Below, piece by piece: positions 18,223 to 28,354 of a DNA stretch of 64,000 bases; position 1 is the stretch's first letter, and the number at the start of each line of letters is the position of its first letter. Made by a program: the position numbers and the translations under genes. The DNA lies in contig CAZKVS010000001.1 of assembly GCA_964556325.1 (NCBI GenBank), forward strand, positions 67,133 to 131,132. The letters are read 5' to 3'. Below the pieces are notes generated by a model. That model was given only the letters and a program-made list of their open reading frames with translations, made no database searches and was not told the DNA's origin. Origin of the DNA: an uncultured Candidatus Saccharibacteria bacterium. Its GTDB lineage: Bacteria; Patescibacteriota; Doudnabacteria; UBA920.

Positions 18223-18446
18223 TAAATCGCGCTCCTGCGCGATTTGCCCCAATGCACGGTATTCCAAAAACGTTCATGAACAAAGTATAGGATAGTGCTG
18301 GCTATATTAGAAAAAACAATTACCTGCAGCGTGGTATCGTAGCGGTGGGTAATAGTAAAGATAATCAGTCCGTCTGAAATAAGGATAACAAAGCGATAGG
18401 TGAGTGCTTTCAACAGCGACCGCTTGGCGTGTTCGTGAAAAGCCAT
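18222..18446 (-). CDS. DUF2061-like small membrane protein
   Basis: RSLLKALTYR...YFVHERFWNTVHWG. Confidence 0.8.
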   Translation of the reverse strand: MAFHEHAKRSLLKALTYRFVILISDGLIIFTITHRYDTTLQVIVFSNIASTILYFVHERFWNTVHWGKSRRSAI

Positions 18447-18457
18447 ACGATGTATAT

Positions 18458-19345
18458 TTATTCTGTTCTGTCTGCTCGCTTACCGTGTACGACAGTTTTT
18501 TTAATGGGTGGTAAATGAGTAGGGCCGTAGTCAGACATAACTACACCCGCGGGATTGTGCTCAAGGCTAATGGCTCTTGGCTGTTGAAACGCGCCGTTTA
18601 CTAATAGCTTATTTATATAATGAAAGGCTGCATCTGCATGCTCTACCAGATGGTACAATTGCGTGTCTTCTGGAGCAATTGCTTGGTGTTCTTTCAAAAC
18701 TACTTTGTCAATCCACTTTAAGAGAGGTTGCCAGAAGTCTTTGTCTATAAGCACGACATACACACCGCTCATTTTTTTCGTTTGAATGAGTGTCAGAATT
18801 TCAAAAAGTTCGTCAAGCGTACCAAAGCCGCCCGGGAAAAATATGTATATTTGGGAAACTGAGGCAAGCATTACTTTGCGGGTAAAAAAGTAGTGGAACG
18901 ATTCGCTTTCGCTGACGTATCGGTTTATGCGTTGCTCTGAGGGGAGTTGTATATTTAAACCAACCGATTTACCTCCGGCCTCTTTTGCGCCTTTGTTGCC
19001 GGCTTCCATTATACCCGGTCCGCCGCCTGTGACGACTGCAAAGCCCTCTTTGGCCAGTAAGTAGCCAAGTCGTTGTGCGTCCCGGTACACCGAGTGTTCC
19101 GCGCCCCAGCGAGCAGAGCCAAAAAAGCTTACCGCATGTTCGAATTGGTTTATAAACCTGTACCCGGCCATAAACTCAGAGACAATGCGCCAAAGTCGCC
19201 CAGGAGAAAATAAGTTTTCCCGGACTGTCATGAGTTTGTCTACTTGTCGTTTAGTCAGCTGCCCGTTGTGAATAGTTATCTTTTTCCTGTTTTGCTTTTC
19301 GGGTAGGACGATGTGGATCTTTTTATGTGGGTGTTTGTCTGTCAT
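18458..19345 (-). CDS. LOG family (TIGR00730-like) Rossmann-fold protein
   Basis: [38 protein letters not shown]. Confidence 0.9.
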   Translation of the reverse strand: MTDKHPHKKIHIVLPEKQNRKKITIHNGQLTKRQVDKLMTVRENLFSPGRLWRIVSEFMAGYRFINQFEHAVSFFGSARWGAEHSVYRDAQRLGYLLAKEGFAVVTGGGPGIMEAGNKGAKEAGGKSVGLNIQLPSEQRINRYVSESESFHYFFTRKVMLASVSQIYIFFPGGFGTLDELFEILTLIQTKKMSGVYVVLIDKDFWQPLLKWIDKVVLKEHQAIAPEDTQLYHLVEHADAAFHYINKLLVNGAFQQPRAISLEHNPAGVVMSDYGPTHLPPIKKTVVHGKRADRTE

Positions 19346-19389
19346 GATAAAAACTATTTGTATAATGCTTTTATATTATACCAGGCCAT

Positions 19390-19432
19390 TGTAGAATTAC
19401 GAAGTATGAATCATGAATTATGAATTATTAAT
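19390..19432. repeat. Single-arm heptamer repeat (TGAAT), adjacent to a terminator hairpin
   Basis: gtagaat tacgaag tatgaat catgaat tatgaat. Confidence 0.7.
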
Positions 19433-19488
19433 CAAAAACTCTCTGCAAAGCAGAGAGTTTTTTTCGCGCATGATTTATATCCTTTGTT

Positions 19489-20121
19489 TTATGCGGACGT
19501 GCCAGGCTTGTTAGCTTCTTCGACAATTATTACTTCGGTGTTTTCTGTTACTGTAGTTGTTCGGGATAGGGTAAGCATATTAATAAACCAAATCAGGAAG
19601 AGGGAGAGTAGCATGAGGGCGAGCCAGGTGAGTCCGGCCATCTCGGTAAGCTGTTTTTCTCGCTGTTCTACTTCGCGGAGGCTACGGCCGGCGAGTACAA
19701 AGGTAGTTTTATCGCCTTTTACTTCTTGCATAACCGCTGCTACGCGTACCCCTGGTTGAGGTTGCCAAGTGAAGCGAATGTGTCCTTTTTGTTTTACGGT
19801 ATCAAACACGCCACTTGGAGGAACTGGGTTTTCGTTGTTGAGCTTGCCCGAGGTACCTACAACTTTGGCATTTTCGTCATATATAGCTATAAAAGGGGAG
19901 AGGCTGGTGCCCATGTCCACACTGCCGGTAGATCCCACTATTTGGTCTCGAGGAATACCTTTTTGAATGGCAGCTGCAACTTCTTGAGTTATTTCCACCT
20001 GAGGGTCATTGGCATTTTGGCGGTAGGTTTGTTGAACTGCGACCGTGGGAAAGCCGACTACCCCGGTAATCATAATGGCTAAAATAAGCCAAACTCCAAA
20101 TAGTTGTCCTTTTCTATTCAT
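19489..20121 (-). CDS. 2-TM protein with an extracytoplasmic sensor-like domain, no kinase domain
   Basis: TM-domain-TM topology; QTYRQNANDPQ, TWQPQPGVR, VLAGRSLREVE. Confidence 0.6.
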   Translation of the reverse strand: MNRKGQLFGVWLILAIMITGVVGFPTVAVQQTYRQNANDPQVEITQEVAAAIQKGIPRDQIVGSTGSVDMGTSLSPFIAIYDENAKVVGTSGKLNNENPVPPSGVFDTVKQKGHIRFTWQPQPGVRVAAVMQEVKGDKTTFVLAGRSLREVEQREKQLTEMAGLTWLALMLLSLFLIWFINMLTLSRTTTVTENTEVIIVEEANKPGTSA

Positions 20122-20223
20122 ATATTTATTCCTTACGTTACTCTTCTCAATATGATAGCAGGCCTGCCAGAAAACCCAAAATAAGCCAGTATATGTGGAG
20201 TATTATACAATGAGTCTGTCATA

Positions 20224-21636
20224 TTACTGGTGTTGCTGGCGCACTTCTTCAAGTATACCCGCAAGCTGCTCACTTGTGTGTACTGGATATTCAGGCGGTT
20301 CGTAGGTGAGTTTGTATGGTTCTGGTAAACTTGCCAATTGTGCCTTCACGCGAGCTTTGACGCCGTCTATATTTTCGAATGATACTGCGTGTTTTCCGTT
20401 ATCAACGAACTTTTGGAGTAAGGGTTCGCCGAGTTGCTCTGTTTCTAGGCCGATTATATCTTCGACCATCATTCCCGCTTGGTCGAATACTCGGAATATC
20501 TGCTTTCTACCCGGCAGGCTACCTTTGCCTTGAGCGAGTTTTGCTTTGTATTCTATGGTACCGTCCTCATGGCGGAGTTCAGCCATTTTATATACTGCTT
20601 CGAACTTAGGATTATCCGTAATGTTTGCTACCTCTGTAGAGCTAATAAAGCAATCTATGGGTGCTTTTTCGTCCATCAGGTATTTGATTTTATATTCGTC
20701 CAAGTTGGAGAATACTTGTATGCGCACGTCCGCAAAGCCAACTTCGTCAAGCCTGCTTCGAACATATCGAGATTCTTCCAGTATGTCGCCACTGTCTATG
20801 GTTACCATGAACTGCTTTTGTTGAAATTCAGATTTTTTTGCTTCAGTTATAAACACTTCTAACCCATGGCGTAGTCCATAGGTATCTATCATGACCAAGA
20901 ATAGGTCGGCTTTGGTTTGTAAAACATCAAATACATACCGAAAAGCTTCTGGCTCTGTGGGAAAAGACTTAATAAACGCATGGTTAATGTTTGCGGATAG
21001 TTTTCCAGTCGGCTTAATCTCGGGGAATTTTCTATATGACTGCGGGGTAAACTGTGGCATGGGGCTATCAAGTAAATATGGTGCGCGAGTGCCTATCCAT
21101 ATGCCTTGTTCGAAACCTGCCAGTCTGACCGTCGCCCCAGCAACAATCATTTTTTCGCGAGCCGATATCTTAACGCGAGCCACTTTGGTGGTGAGGCGTA
21201 CTACATAGCCAAAGGCATTCATGGTAAAAGCCGTAATCATGTTTGCTTCTGCGAGTGGGGCCGTTACTCGCACAATTGGTTCCCCTGGGAAGAAAATAGT
21301 CCCTTCTGCAAGTGCATGAATGTCACCACTAAACGCAAAAGTGCGGTAAAAGTTTTCTGTTTCGGGTGAGTCTATAACCCCAATCATTTTTAGAGTTTCT
21401 ATGGCGTCGTCATCAAACCTCAATCGTAGCAAGTAATCCACATAACGCTCTAGTCCGTCAAAAATATAAAAACCCCAGTTAGCAGGTTTTTCACGAACTA
21501 CTAAGTCATAGGTGGCGATAGACTTGTGAATTCCACGGTTAATCCACGCCATATTTCCAACGTAGATATTGGTATATTCGATAAACGGTATATCCGAGAT
21601 GTCTACATCGTAATACTTTCGTTGATGTTGGGTCAT
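20224..21636 (-). CDS. pncB: Nicotinate phosphoribosyltransferase (divergent)
   Basis: EGTIFFPGEPIVRV, IDTY, IDSGD, NLDEYKI, VYKMAE, LPGRKQIFR. Confidence 0.8.
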   Translation of the reverse strand: MTQHQRKYYDVDISDIPFIEYTNIYVGNMAWINRGIHKSIATYDLVVREKPANWGFYIFDGLERYVDYLLRLRFDDDAIETLKMIGVIDSPETENFYRTFAFSGDIHALAEGTIFFPGEPIVRVTAPLAEANMITAFTMNAFGYVVRLTTKVARVKISAREKMIVAGATVRLAGFEQGIWIGTRAPYLLDSPMPQFTPQSYRKFPEIKPTGKLSANINHAFIKSFPTEPEAFRYVFDVLQTKADLFLVMIDTYGLRHGLEVFITEAKKSEFQQKQFMVTIDSGDILEESRYVRSRLDEVGFADVRIQVFSNLDEYKIKYLMDEKAPIDCFISSTEVANITDNPKFEAVYKMAELRHEDGTIEYKAKLAQGKGSLPGRKQIFRVFDQAGMMVEDIIGLETEQLGEPLLQKFVDNGKHAVSFENIDGVKARVKAQLASLPEPYKLTYEPPEYPVHTSEQLAGILEEVRQQHQ

Positions 21637-21945
21637 AGATGAGAAGCCTAATTTTCTTAACTCATCATATATCTATACGAATTAAAATAAAAGGCTTGTG
21701 GGCGCGGGTGCGGGGTTGTTGGACATAAGTAGTATTTTATGGTAGAATGATAAATAAATTTACACTTTTGAGTAATAGCGCTTATTTGTAACTAGTTATA
21801 AGTTATAAATAGAGCGCTGTTACTTACACTAACAGTAAAGTACAAGGGATACCGTTTGTCTTGATATATACATAATTGAGACGGTAGTGCCCAGAAGCGT
21901 ATTTTAGATTGAAACTGTCAGAAAAAATCAAGGGAGGGAAAAACC

Positions 21946-22509
21946 TTGTTTATTTCATGTTTTGGAAGCGGAAGTGGCCAGCCGGGGGAGCTGGTATATG
22001 ATGCCATGTTGAGCGTGGGGCGTCTGCTAGCGCAAAGGCGTCACACCGTGGTTACCGGTGGATTTGGCGGCTCGGGCATGCAAGCACCAGCGCAGGGAGC
22101 AAAAGAAGCGGGCGGTGAATCTGTTGGCCACACGCTTTTGGGTCTTCCGCCAAACCAGTTCCTAACTCGTTTCTTCGATTACGGAGTTATGTTTCGTTCG
22201 CCTGAGCTGCAATTTGGCACTCGTCTTGGGCGCATGCTCGAGAGCGATGGTTTTATCATCGGCGCGGGTGGCGGGCCTGGTACTGCCGTCGAATTTTTCT
22301 CCATCGTCAATATGGCCTATAAAGGCTTTTCTAACAATCCACAAAAGCGATGCGCAATTTTGTGGCCCAGCGGGGCGAACGTCCCAGGTTGGGATAACGC
22401 TATGTTGGAACAACTAACGAAGTGGGGCCTTTTTCCTGCAGAGGCTCGAAAATACATCAAGGTATGCACAACGCCTGAAGAGGCGGTTGTCTGGGCTTGC
22501 GGTGAGTAG
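21946..22509 (+). CDS. LOG/SLOG family protein
   Basis: FGSG, VVTGGFGGSGM, GGGPGTAVE, TPEEAV; GGGAGGG RBS before a TTG start. Confidence 0.75.
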   Translation: MFISCFGSGSGQPGELVYDAMLSVGRLLAQRRHTVVTGGFGGSGMQAPAQGAKEAGGESVGHTLLGLPPNQFLTRFFDYGVMFRSPELQFGTRLGRMLESDGFIIGAGGGPGTAVEFFSIVNMAYKGFSNNPQKRCAILWPSGANVPGWDNAMLEQLTKWGLFPAEARKYIKVCTTPEEAVVWACGE

Positions 22510-22530
22510 CCGAAAGTCTGGAAATTTAAA

Positions 22531-22567
22531 GAAGCCGGTAGTGTGTCACTGACACACTACCGGCTTC
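22531..22567. terminator. 18-bp-arm perfect hairpin between convergent genes
   Basis: gaagccggtagtgtgtca-c-tgacacactaccggcttc. Confidence 0.65.
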
Positions 22568-22591
22568 ATTGTTTATAAACTTATTATAATT

Positions 22592-23041
22592 TTACGCCCG
22601 GTGGTGGTCGGCGCGCCAGTCTTTTATAGCTTCTTTAATTTGGTCGTTCGTCAGGTTTTCATCTACCGCTCGTTTGGCTAGTGCCAAGAACTCCGCGTCG
22701 CTCGCAAAACGGAGGGCAATTATTTGTGGCATGGTGAGTTTAGAATCAAACGGTTTGCCGGTCATGACAAAGTGACGAAGGTTTTCCTCGGACCGGATAG
22801 CACGGTCTTGCACTTTGGCTGCAAACAATCGGCTAAAGAAAAACTGCATAATAGCGGCAATGCTCAAACCGAATAGTATAACGGGCTCAATCCAGTTTGT
22901 AAGGCCGCAGCCGCCAGTATGCACATAGTGCCAACGGACGTTGTACACACTTGCAAAAAGAGCGAGGACAAGGAGTCCGAGTAATACGATGTGGTAGAGG
23001 GGAACAAGCTGCCTATGGTTTTTATAGTTCTGTTCTTTCAT
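22592..23041 (-). CDS. DUF6526-like membrane protein
   Basis: QNYKNH, QDRAIRSEENLRHF, QIIALRFASD, WRADHHR. Confidence 0.75.
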   Translation of the reverse strand: MKEQNYKNHRQLVPLYHIVLLGLLVLALFASVYNVRWHYVHTGGCGLTNWIEPVILFGLSIAAIMQFFFSRLFAAKVQDRAIRSEENLRHFVMTGKPFDSKLTMPQIIALRFASDAEFLALAKRAVDENLTNDQIKEAIKDWRADHHRA

Positions 23042-23451
23042 AGTACGAAGCATAATGATTATGAATATATATTTATAATACCATACCCCTCAAGGCTTAT
23101 ATTTTTATAGCCTGTTTATATCCTAAATCTTCTACTTTGCCATATATTTTACAGGTAAAATGAAGTATTTCCCTTGTTTATGCAGGTTTAATGTATTGAC
23201 TTATATTAATATTTATGCTATAGTATTTGGTATTTTACAACAGCAGTTTGGGTGTGTATAAAAACTTACGTACGCAAGCTGCTATTGTAAAGGTCGCTTT
23301 TACATTAGTCAGAGTGGACTGTGAACGTCACAGCTCTTGTTCTGGTTCTGTTGCTAAATTTTTGTAAGAAAGCAACTAAACACTACCGACTTGTGCCCTC
23401 AAGCCCAAGTCAGCGACAAACTTCAGCACAAGTTTTTGGAGGAATGAATCA

Positions 23452-23847
23452 ATGCCGAGTAAGAAAAGATATCACCAACCCGCCAAGGTTTCCCAAGGGG
23501 CGCCCAAAGGTCCTAAAGCTCAGAATGATCTGGTGTCGCAGATGCAAGTCGGCGCGAGCATGTTCGTTGAGCGCACGGCAGTCAAGGCTGACATTAGCAA
23601 GCTGCCCCAAGCCAAAAGGGGGGAGGAACACCGGATTGAGATTGGTCAAATTGACGCAAACGCAAAGGTCAAGGTCGCCGGTCCCATCAAGATCAAGCGA
23701 TTGAACATCACTGACTATCTCATCGTCGGATATACGCCGAAAATGGCGATTCCCGCGCGGAGTGATACGGAAGGCGCGAAGAGGTGGCAATCTATCCAGC
23801 GGAGAGTGCAGGGCCACGCCCTGCTCAAGCTCGCGGTGAAGCTCTAA
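23452..23847 (+). CDS. Basic hypothetical protein with a long structured 5' leader
   Basis: GGAGG RBS; promoter TTGACT-17-TATAGT at 23196-23224; terminator at about 23871-23905. Confidence 0.6.
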   Translation: MPSKKRYHQPAKVSQGAPKGPKAQNDLVSQMQVGASMFVERTAVKADISKLPQAKRGEEHRIEIGQIDANAKVKVAGPIKIKRLNITDYLIVGYTPKMAIPARSDTEGAKRWQSIQRRVQGHALLKLAVKL

Positions 23848-24177
23848 CTTTTACCGCCTCGACAATACTAGGACCACGTGCACGCTGTTCGCACGTGGTT
23901 CTTTTGCATGTACGTAACGGTATGACGGTAAACATGGCGGTGGGTGTGGCGGTTGCATAAATCGCTTATATATAATACAATTTTAGGTATTTTACTTTAG
24001 CAGACTACCTGTCTAGTTCTTAGGTGTTTAGTCTGCTGATGTGAAGTCGTGTGCACGGCAGGTACGTTATTGGTTTTAGTCCATAGCGTACTTGAGAGCT
24101 ATCCTCTCGTTCTTGATGGTCTTCCATTAAGAAAAGCGGCGGTTATTATTCGTAACTCTAACTATTGAAGGGGGAAT

Positions 24178-24471
24178 GTGGTGGTTAATACACCGGTTGT
24201 GGGCGTGCGTGTCCATTCCATGCAGTTTGGGGTTGAATATCATTTACCAATTGTCGCGCTTACGGCGGCAACAAAGAAACTCGACCGTAACGCCCTTACT
24301 ACGGCGGACGGCGAGCTTGTGGTAACTCGACGAGTCGGTTATGGATTCGTAGTGGTGCGCGCGCCGCAGGCGCTTGCGTATCTTGCGGAAACTAAGCCTG
24401 TCCCAAGGCCGCAAACTGGCACAATGCCAAAACACGTATTGACTTTAACTCGCGAACCCAACCAACATTAA
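24178..24471 (+). CDS. Hypothetical protein with a long structured 5' leader
   Basis: GAAGGGGG RBS; terminator gccgcagcgat...atcgctgcggc downstream. Confidence 0.5.
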   Translation: MVVNTPVVGVRVHSMQFGVEYHLPIVALTAATKKLDRNALTTADGELVVTRRVGYGFVVVRAPQALAYLAETKPVPRPQTGTMPKHVLTLTREPNQH

Positions 24472-24561
24472 TGGTGGCGTTCGCAGCATAAACAAGCCGC
24501 AGCGATGCATTTTATCGCTGCGGCCTTTTCTTTCAGTTCGAAATTATTTTTTGTAGGTATG

Positions 24562-25239
24562 CTATTGTTTACCGTTCATGGCGGCGAGGCATTGGGTCTT
24601 GGCTGGTTCTTGGAGGCCGGCGCACATTGCTTCCATGCTTTGTCCCTGTGTTGGCATGGTTTGGGTTTGACCGTTTAGCTGCATCTTTTGCATGTCCTGC
24701 ATCATTTTGGTCATGTCAGTAAATTCTACACCTGCGGGCAGGGTAAACTTGCTGCTATCTGGCGTCCAGTTGGAACACTTAAAGTTGAACTGTTTGTTGG
24801 GGTCTATGTTGGCTTGGCCGGAGTTGCCCACATCACCCTTTGTGGTGTTGCCTTGCATGGCTTCAAAGTCCATCTTATAGCCGGTCTTTTGGCCATCCAT
24901 CCAGCTATAACTGGTTTTACCGTCCATAATCATGTGCGAAGTAATGCTTGTAGAACCTGTTCCAACCATGGTCTCCATGCTCATTTTTCCACCACTTATG
25001 TATACAGTGCTGGTACCGAGCCCTTCACCCACGGTGTAGGTACAAGTTTGGGACTGTCCTAGGCCAAGTAGTCCTTTGAGGGTATTTTGCATACCTTGTG
25101 GCTGCATGGCTTCTTTTTCAGGTGTGGGCTTCATCATTTCATCCTTTACTTCGGCAGTATTCTTGCTGCGCATGAAGAACCCGGCGAGCAGGGCGATAAC
25201 TATTATGGCCCCCACTCCTATTGCAATTTTTTTGTTCAT
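24562..25239 (-). CDS. Secreted/membrane-anchored hypothetical protein
   Basis: Signal/TM segment, Cys pairs, beta-rich core. Confidence 0.7.
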   Translation of the reverse strand: MNKKIAIGVGAIIVIALLAGFFMRSKNTAEVKDEMMKPTPEKEAMQPQGMQNTLKGLLGLGQSQTCTYTVGEGLGTSTVYISGGKMSMETMVGTGSTSITSHMIMDGKTSYSWMDGQKTGYKMDFEAMQGNTTKGDVGNSGQANIDPNKQFNFKCSNWTPDSSKFTLPAGVEFTDMTKMMQDMQKMQLNGQTQTMPTQGQSMEAMCAGLQEPAKTQCLAAMNGKQ

Positions 25240-25292
25240 AAAGTGTCGTTACTTATTCTTTGACTAAGTATAGCGGTAAATGAGGTCTTTGT

Positions 25293-25733
25293 TTAGCTGA
25301 GGTTTAAGGGCCGAGTCGGTGCAATAATGCTTCTGGGGTCGGTTTTCCAGATATCCGAGACATCCGCGTAGAGTTCTAGCTCGTTACCGTCGGGGTCGGA
25401 TATGTAGATACTGTGGGTTACGGTATGGTCAGCGAGGCCGGTAATAGCTACACCCTTTGCAACTAATTCTTTATATACAGTTTTTAGCTCGTCGTGTGAG
25501 TTGGCTACTTTAAAACCAATATGGTATAGACCTGGTTCCGGGTTGTGGGGTGGCCTTGGGGCACCTCCAATTTCTATTAGAAGCATTTCATGGTGCGTCC
25601 GTCCGGAGGAAAACAGTGCGATTGGTCCTTCGCGGTGGATTTCCGTAAAGCCAAGCGTGTCACGGTAAAAATTTGCTACACGTTCTAAGTTGGTGACGTA
25701 GAGGACTACATGTCCGAGTTCAAGTATTTTCAT
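25293..25733 (-). CDS. VOC family (glyoxalase/extradiol dioxygenase-like) protein
   Basis: LGHVVLYV, GLYHIGF, SIYISDPDGNELELY. Confidence 0.88.
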   Translation of the reverse strand: MKILELGHVVLYVTNLERVANFYRDTLGFTEIHREGPIALFSSGRTHHEMLLIEIGGAPRPPHNPEPGLYHIGFKVANSHDELKTVYKELVAKGVAITGLADHTVTHSIYISDPDGNELELYADVSDIWKTDPRSIIAPTRPLNLS

Positions 25734-26310
25734 GGTGCATAAAAGGGTTTTCCATATCAAAAACAATTTTTGGAGTATGGTTGTTTATTATATCTTCGTC
25801 TAAATTATATTTTTCGCTATAGAGTGTACCCACTACGCAGAATTTTGCTGCAGACCACTGAAAGCCGACTTTTTCCGCTACGGCTTTAACAGCTGCTTCC
25901 GATGTTCCCTCTATTTCTACGAATGGTTCCAAGAACGGCCATTCATCTATAGTAATTTCCACGTCATCAAGCATCTACAACTCACGCTTGGTTTCTTGGT
26001 AGGCTTTTTCCTGGCAGCCAAGCAGCCGCAAAAACTCTACGCCTTCGTTGAAGCTGTTAATAGTGAGGCAAGATTCTTTTTGGTCGGTAATAGTTGTCCC
26101 GTCCACCACTTTTACACTCATGGTAATTTTATTACCTTCGTCTCGCACCCGAGCCCATCCACCCTTCACCTCGTGGCCGCTGGGGAGCTTAAAGGTAGTA
26201 CGCTTTTGGAGAAACTCAGGCCGCGCAAGGGTGGCTCCTGCGGCTGTGAGCTTGTGGCGAATAGACTCCTTATCTATATGTGGAAACGTAGCTTCGTATT
26301 CTATGTCCAT
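25720..26310 (-). pseudogene. CYTH-domain (class IV adenylate cyclase-like) gene interrupted by an in-frame TAG
   Basis: MDIEYEATF (ExExK-like), WARVRDEG, ETKREL*MLDDVEITIDEWP...VEIEG; the two ORFs are in frame and abut. Confidence 0.75.
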
Positions 26311-26339
26311 AGTCGGGTTTTTAAATGTTAGGCTTTGGT

Positions 26340-26403
26340 GTAGGGGCGAGCTTTAGCCGCCCGAAAACGATGCGCTGAGCGGGCGGGCAAGCCTCGCCCC
26401 TAC
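26340..26403. repeat. GTAG-type REP doublet (REPIN-like)
   Basis: gtaggggcgag...ctcgcccctac inverted termini with internal GC hairpins. Confidence 0.75.
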
Positions 26404-26452
26404 TATTCTGATTTTATGATGGATTTTTTATAGAGTGGTATACTTATAGTAT

Positions 26453-26851
26453 ATGATAGGTTTTACGTTTGAAAGTAAGCAGCCGGCACCGGATAAGCTC
26501 TGGCTCAAAGTTTCGGGCGGTTTAAGCGCTGCCAGTGCAGATGACTTAAAAGCTTGGATGGTGCAAATAGAGGCCATTATTGCTGCCATGCATACAGCTG
26601 CAGGTGTAGGTATTTCTTGCGTGTTTGACTTGGTGGACTTGGTCGAGGCAAATGACCCCGTGGTTATAACTTCTTTGGTTGAGTTCCAAAAGCAGAATAA
26701 GCCGCACATTCGCCGCACAGCTTTGGTAATAAAAGACCCGCAAGTGAGGCTTGCTATGAGCATTGTGGGTGCTTTAGCTGATCGCTACAACATCCGTTCT
26801 TTTGCTTCTAACCAAGAAGCCGAGGGGTGGGCCTATTCCGAACAGGCTTAA
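26453..26851 (+). CDS. STAS/SEC14 (SpoIIAA-like) domain protein
   Basis: VFDLVDL, IRRTALVI, IRSFASNQEAEGW pattern. Confidence 0.65.
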   Translation: MIGFTFESKQPAPDKLWLKVSGGLSAASADDLKAWMVQIEAIIAAMHTAAGVGISCVFDLVDLVEANDPVVITSLVEFQKQNKPHIRRTALVIKDPQVRLAMSIVGALADRYNIRSFASNQEAEGWAYSEQA

Positions 26852-27414
26852 CGCGTGTTAGCTTTTTGTAAACGTATATGCTGCACCTTTGTGTAGGTTT
26901 TTGAGTTCGGATTGCGTTGGTATATATCGACACGGCTTGCAATAAAATGAAGCGGGGGTGCAAGTTTTTTTAATTGCTGTTTCGTGGTGGCAAATATTTT
27001 TGTGGATAAGTGTTCCGCGATGGTTATATGCGGATGGCCGGGATGTGCAGTTGCATACCCGGTGTGGGTATCCGACATGCTCCCTTGCAAAGCTCGGAGT
27101 GTTTTCGTGTGTACCAATTTTAGAAATTTGGCTGACTCGGTGTTTGGCTTAATGTAAAGTACATTGTTTTTTCCTTCAAATGTTCCGTAGGAGTCCCACG
27201 TAAGCTGCTTTGCTTGTACTGTTTTAAGTTTCTTACCGAGGAGCTCAGCAATTTCCACTAGCGATAGTTTGGAGTTAAATGGCGGACACACAGTCACATG
27301 GACAGGCAAGTGGTATGGTCCTGTTTTGTGGTACGTGGCCTGTGCTCTTTTAATTCTCTTTTGAACTCTCGCTGGCGGAGTTATGGCAATTATGTAGGTT
27401 TCTATCATGGGCAA
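26848..27414 (-). CDS. 2H phosphoesterase / 2'-5' RNA ligase family protein
   Basis: Two HxT motifs (HVTV, HITI). Confidence 0.8.
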   Translation of the reverse strand: MPMIETYIIAITPPARVQKRIKRAQATYHKTGPYHLPVHVTVCPPFNSKLSLVEIAELLGKKLKTVQAKQLTWDSYGTFEGKNNVLYIKPNTESAKFLKLVHTKTLRALQGSMSDTHTGYATAHPGHPHITIAEHLSTKIFATTKQQLKKLAPPLHFIASRVDIYQRNPNSKTYTKVQHIRLQKANTR

Positions 27415-27436
27415 GGTATATATGGGTAGTATACCA

Positions 27437-28312
27437 CTACGCGGTGAACAGCTGCGCCGGGAAGTTTGGAGACATGGTTACTGTAAAGTCGGATTGCAGA
27501 ATAAGATACTCAAAAGTGTAGTGTTTGAGCAGGGTGGCGGGTGGCACAAAAAACAAACAAGTCGAAAGCGCGTCGGCTAGTAGGGTGGTGTCGGCTATGG
27601 TCCAGAGTGCGGCTATGTGTGTGGGTGAGGTGAGGGAGTGCGGGTCAAGGATGTGATGAAAGTTGCCCCACGCTCGTCTGTTGCCAGCAGAACCGCAGAG
27701 GCTTTGGTTCATGATGTGCGCAATACCAATTACCTGACTCGTGTCTGCAGGGTTTTCTAAACCAACTTTCAGTGGTTCTGGCGCTTCGGTTCGGTGGCGC
27801 ATGTCTCCGCCGGCGTCTACGGTGTAGGTTTGTATCCCTGCTTGTTCTATGAGTTCGCTTACTATATCTATTAAATACCCCTTGCCCGCTGCACCCACAT
27901 CAATGAGCACGGGAAGTTTGGTTATAAGCGTGGGGTAGTTGTATATAAGTGCTTCATCCCAGGTGGGCGGAGCACTAAGCTTTTTTCCTTGAAGTGAATA
28001 GTGTGCGTCGTAGCCAGCGTCGCTTAATGCTTGGCCAATGAGTGGAGTAAACGCGCCGTTGGTAATGCGGTAAAGTGTGTGGTACAAGCCCAGCATGGGC
28101 TCTGCATCGCTCGGTAGCTGGTAGCTGCCCGGCGTGCGGGCCACTTCACTAATTAGCGAGTCAGGTCGAAAGCGGGAGTAGTGGGCGTCAAAAAGAGCAA
28201 TCCGCTCCATAATTTGTGTGTGCAAATTATCGGACTGCTCTTTTGTTATGACGTCGTGTATGTCTATGACCCAATGCGTGCCAATTGCTTCAAATGTATA
28301 TTGGGTTGGCAT
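27437..28312 (-). CDS. apbE: FAD:protein FMN transferase (ApbE family)
   Basis: AIGT, SRFRPDS, DVGAAGKGY, DAGGD, HHILDP, ADALST. Confidence 0.9.
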   Translation of the reverse strand: MPTQYTFEAIGTHWVIDIHDVITKEQSDNLHTQIMERIALFDAHYSRFRPDSLISEVARTPGSYQLPSDAEPMLGLYHTLYRITNGAFTPLIGQALSDAGYDAHYSLQGKKLSAPPTWDEALIYNYPTLITKLPVLIDVGAAGKGYLIDIVSELIEQAGIQTYTVDAGGDMRHRTEAPEPLKVGLENPADTSQVIGIAHIMNQSLCGSAGNRRAWGNFHHILDPHSLTSPTHIAALWTIADTTLLADALSTCLFFVPPATLLKHYTFEYLILQSDFTVTMSPNFPAQLFTA

Positions 28313-28354
28313 TCCTGTATTATCTAATAACTAAGTACCCCGCCGAAGAGGCGA

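Noticed and set aside
25975-25977. Genome-wide stop-codon recoding
   Set aside because: TAG and TGA end other recognisable genes at plausible positions; only one internal stop was seen.
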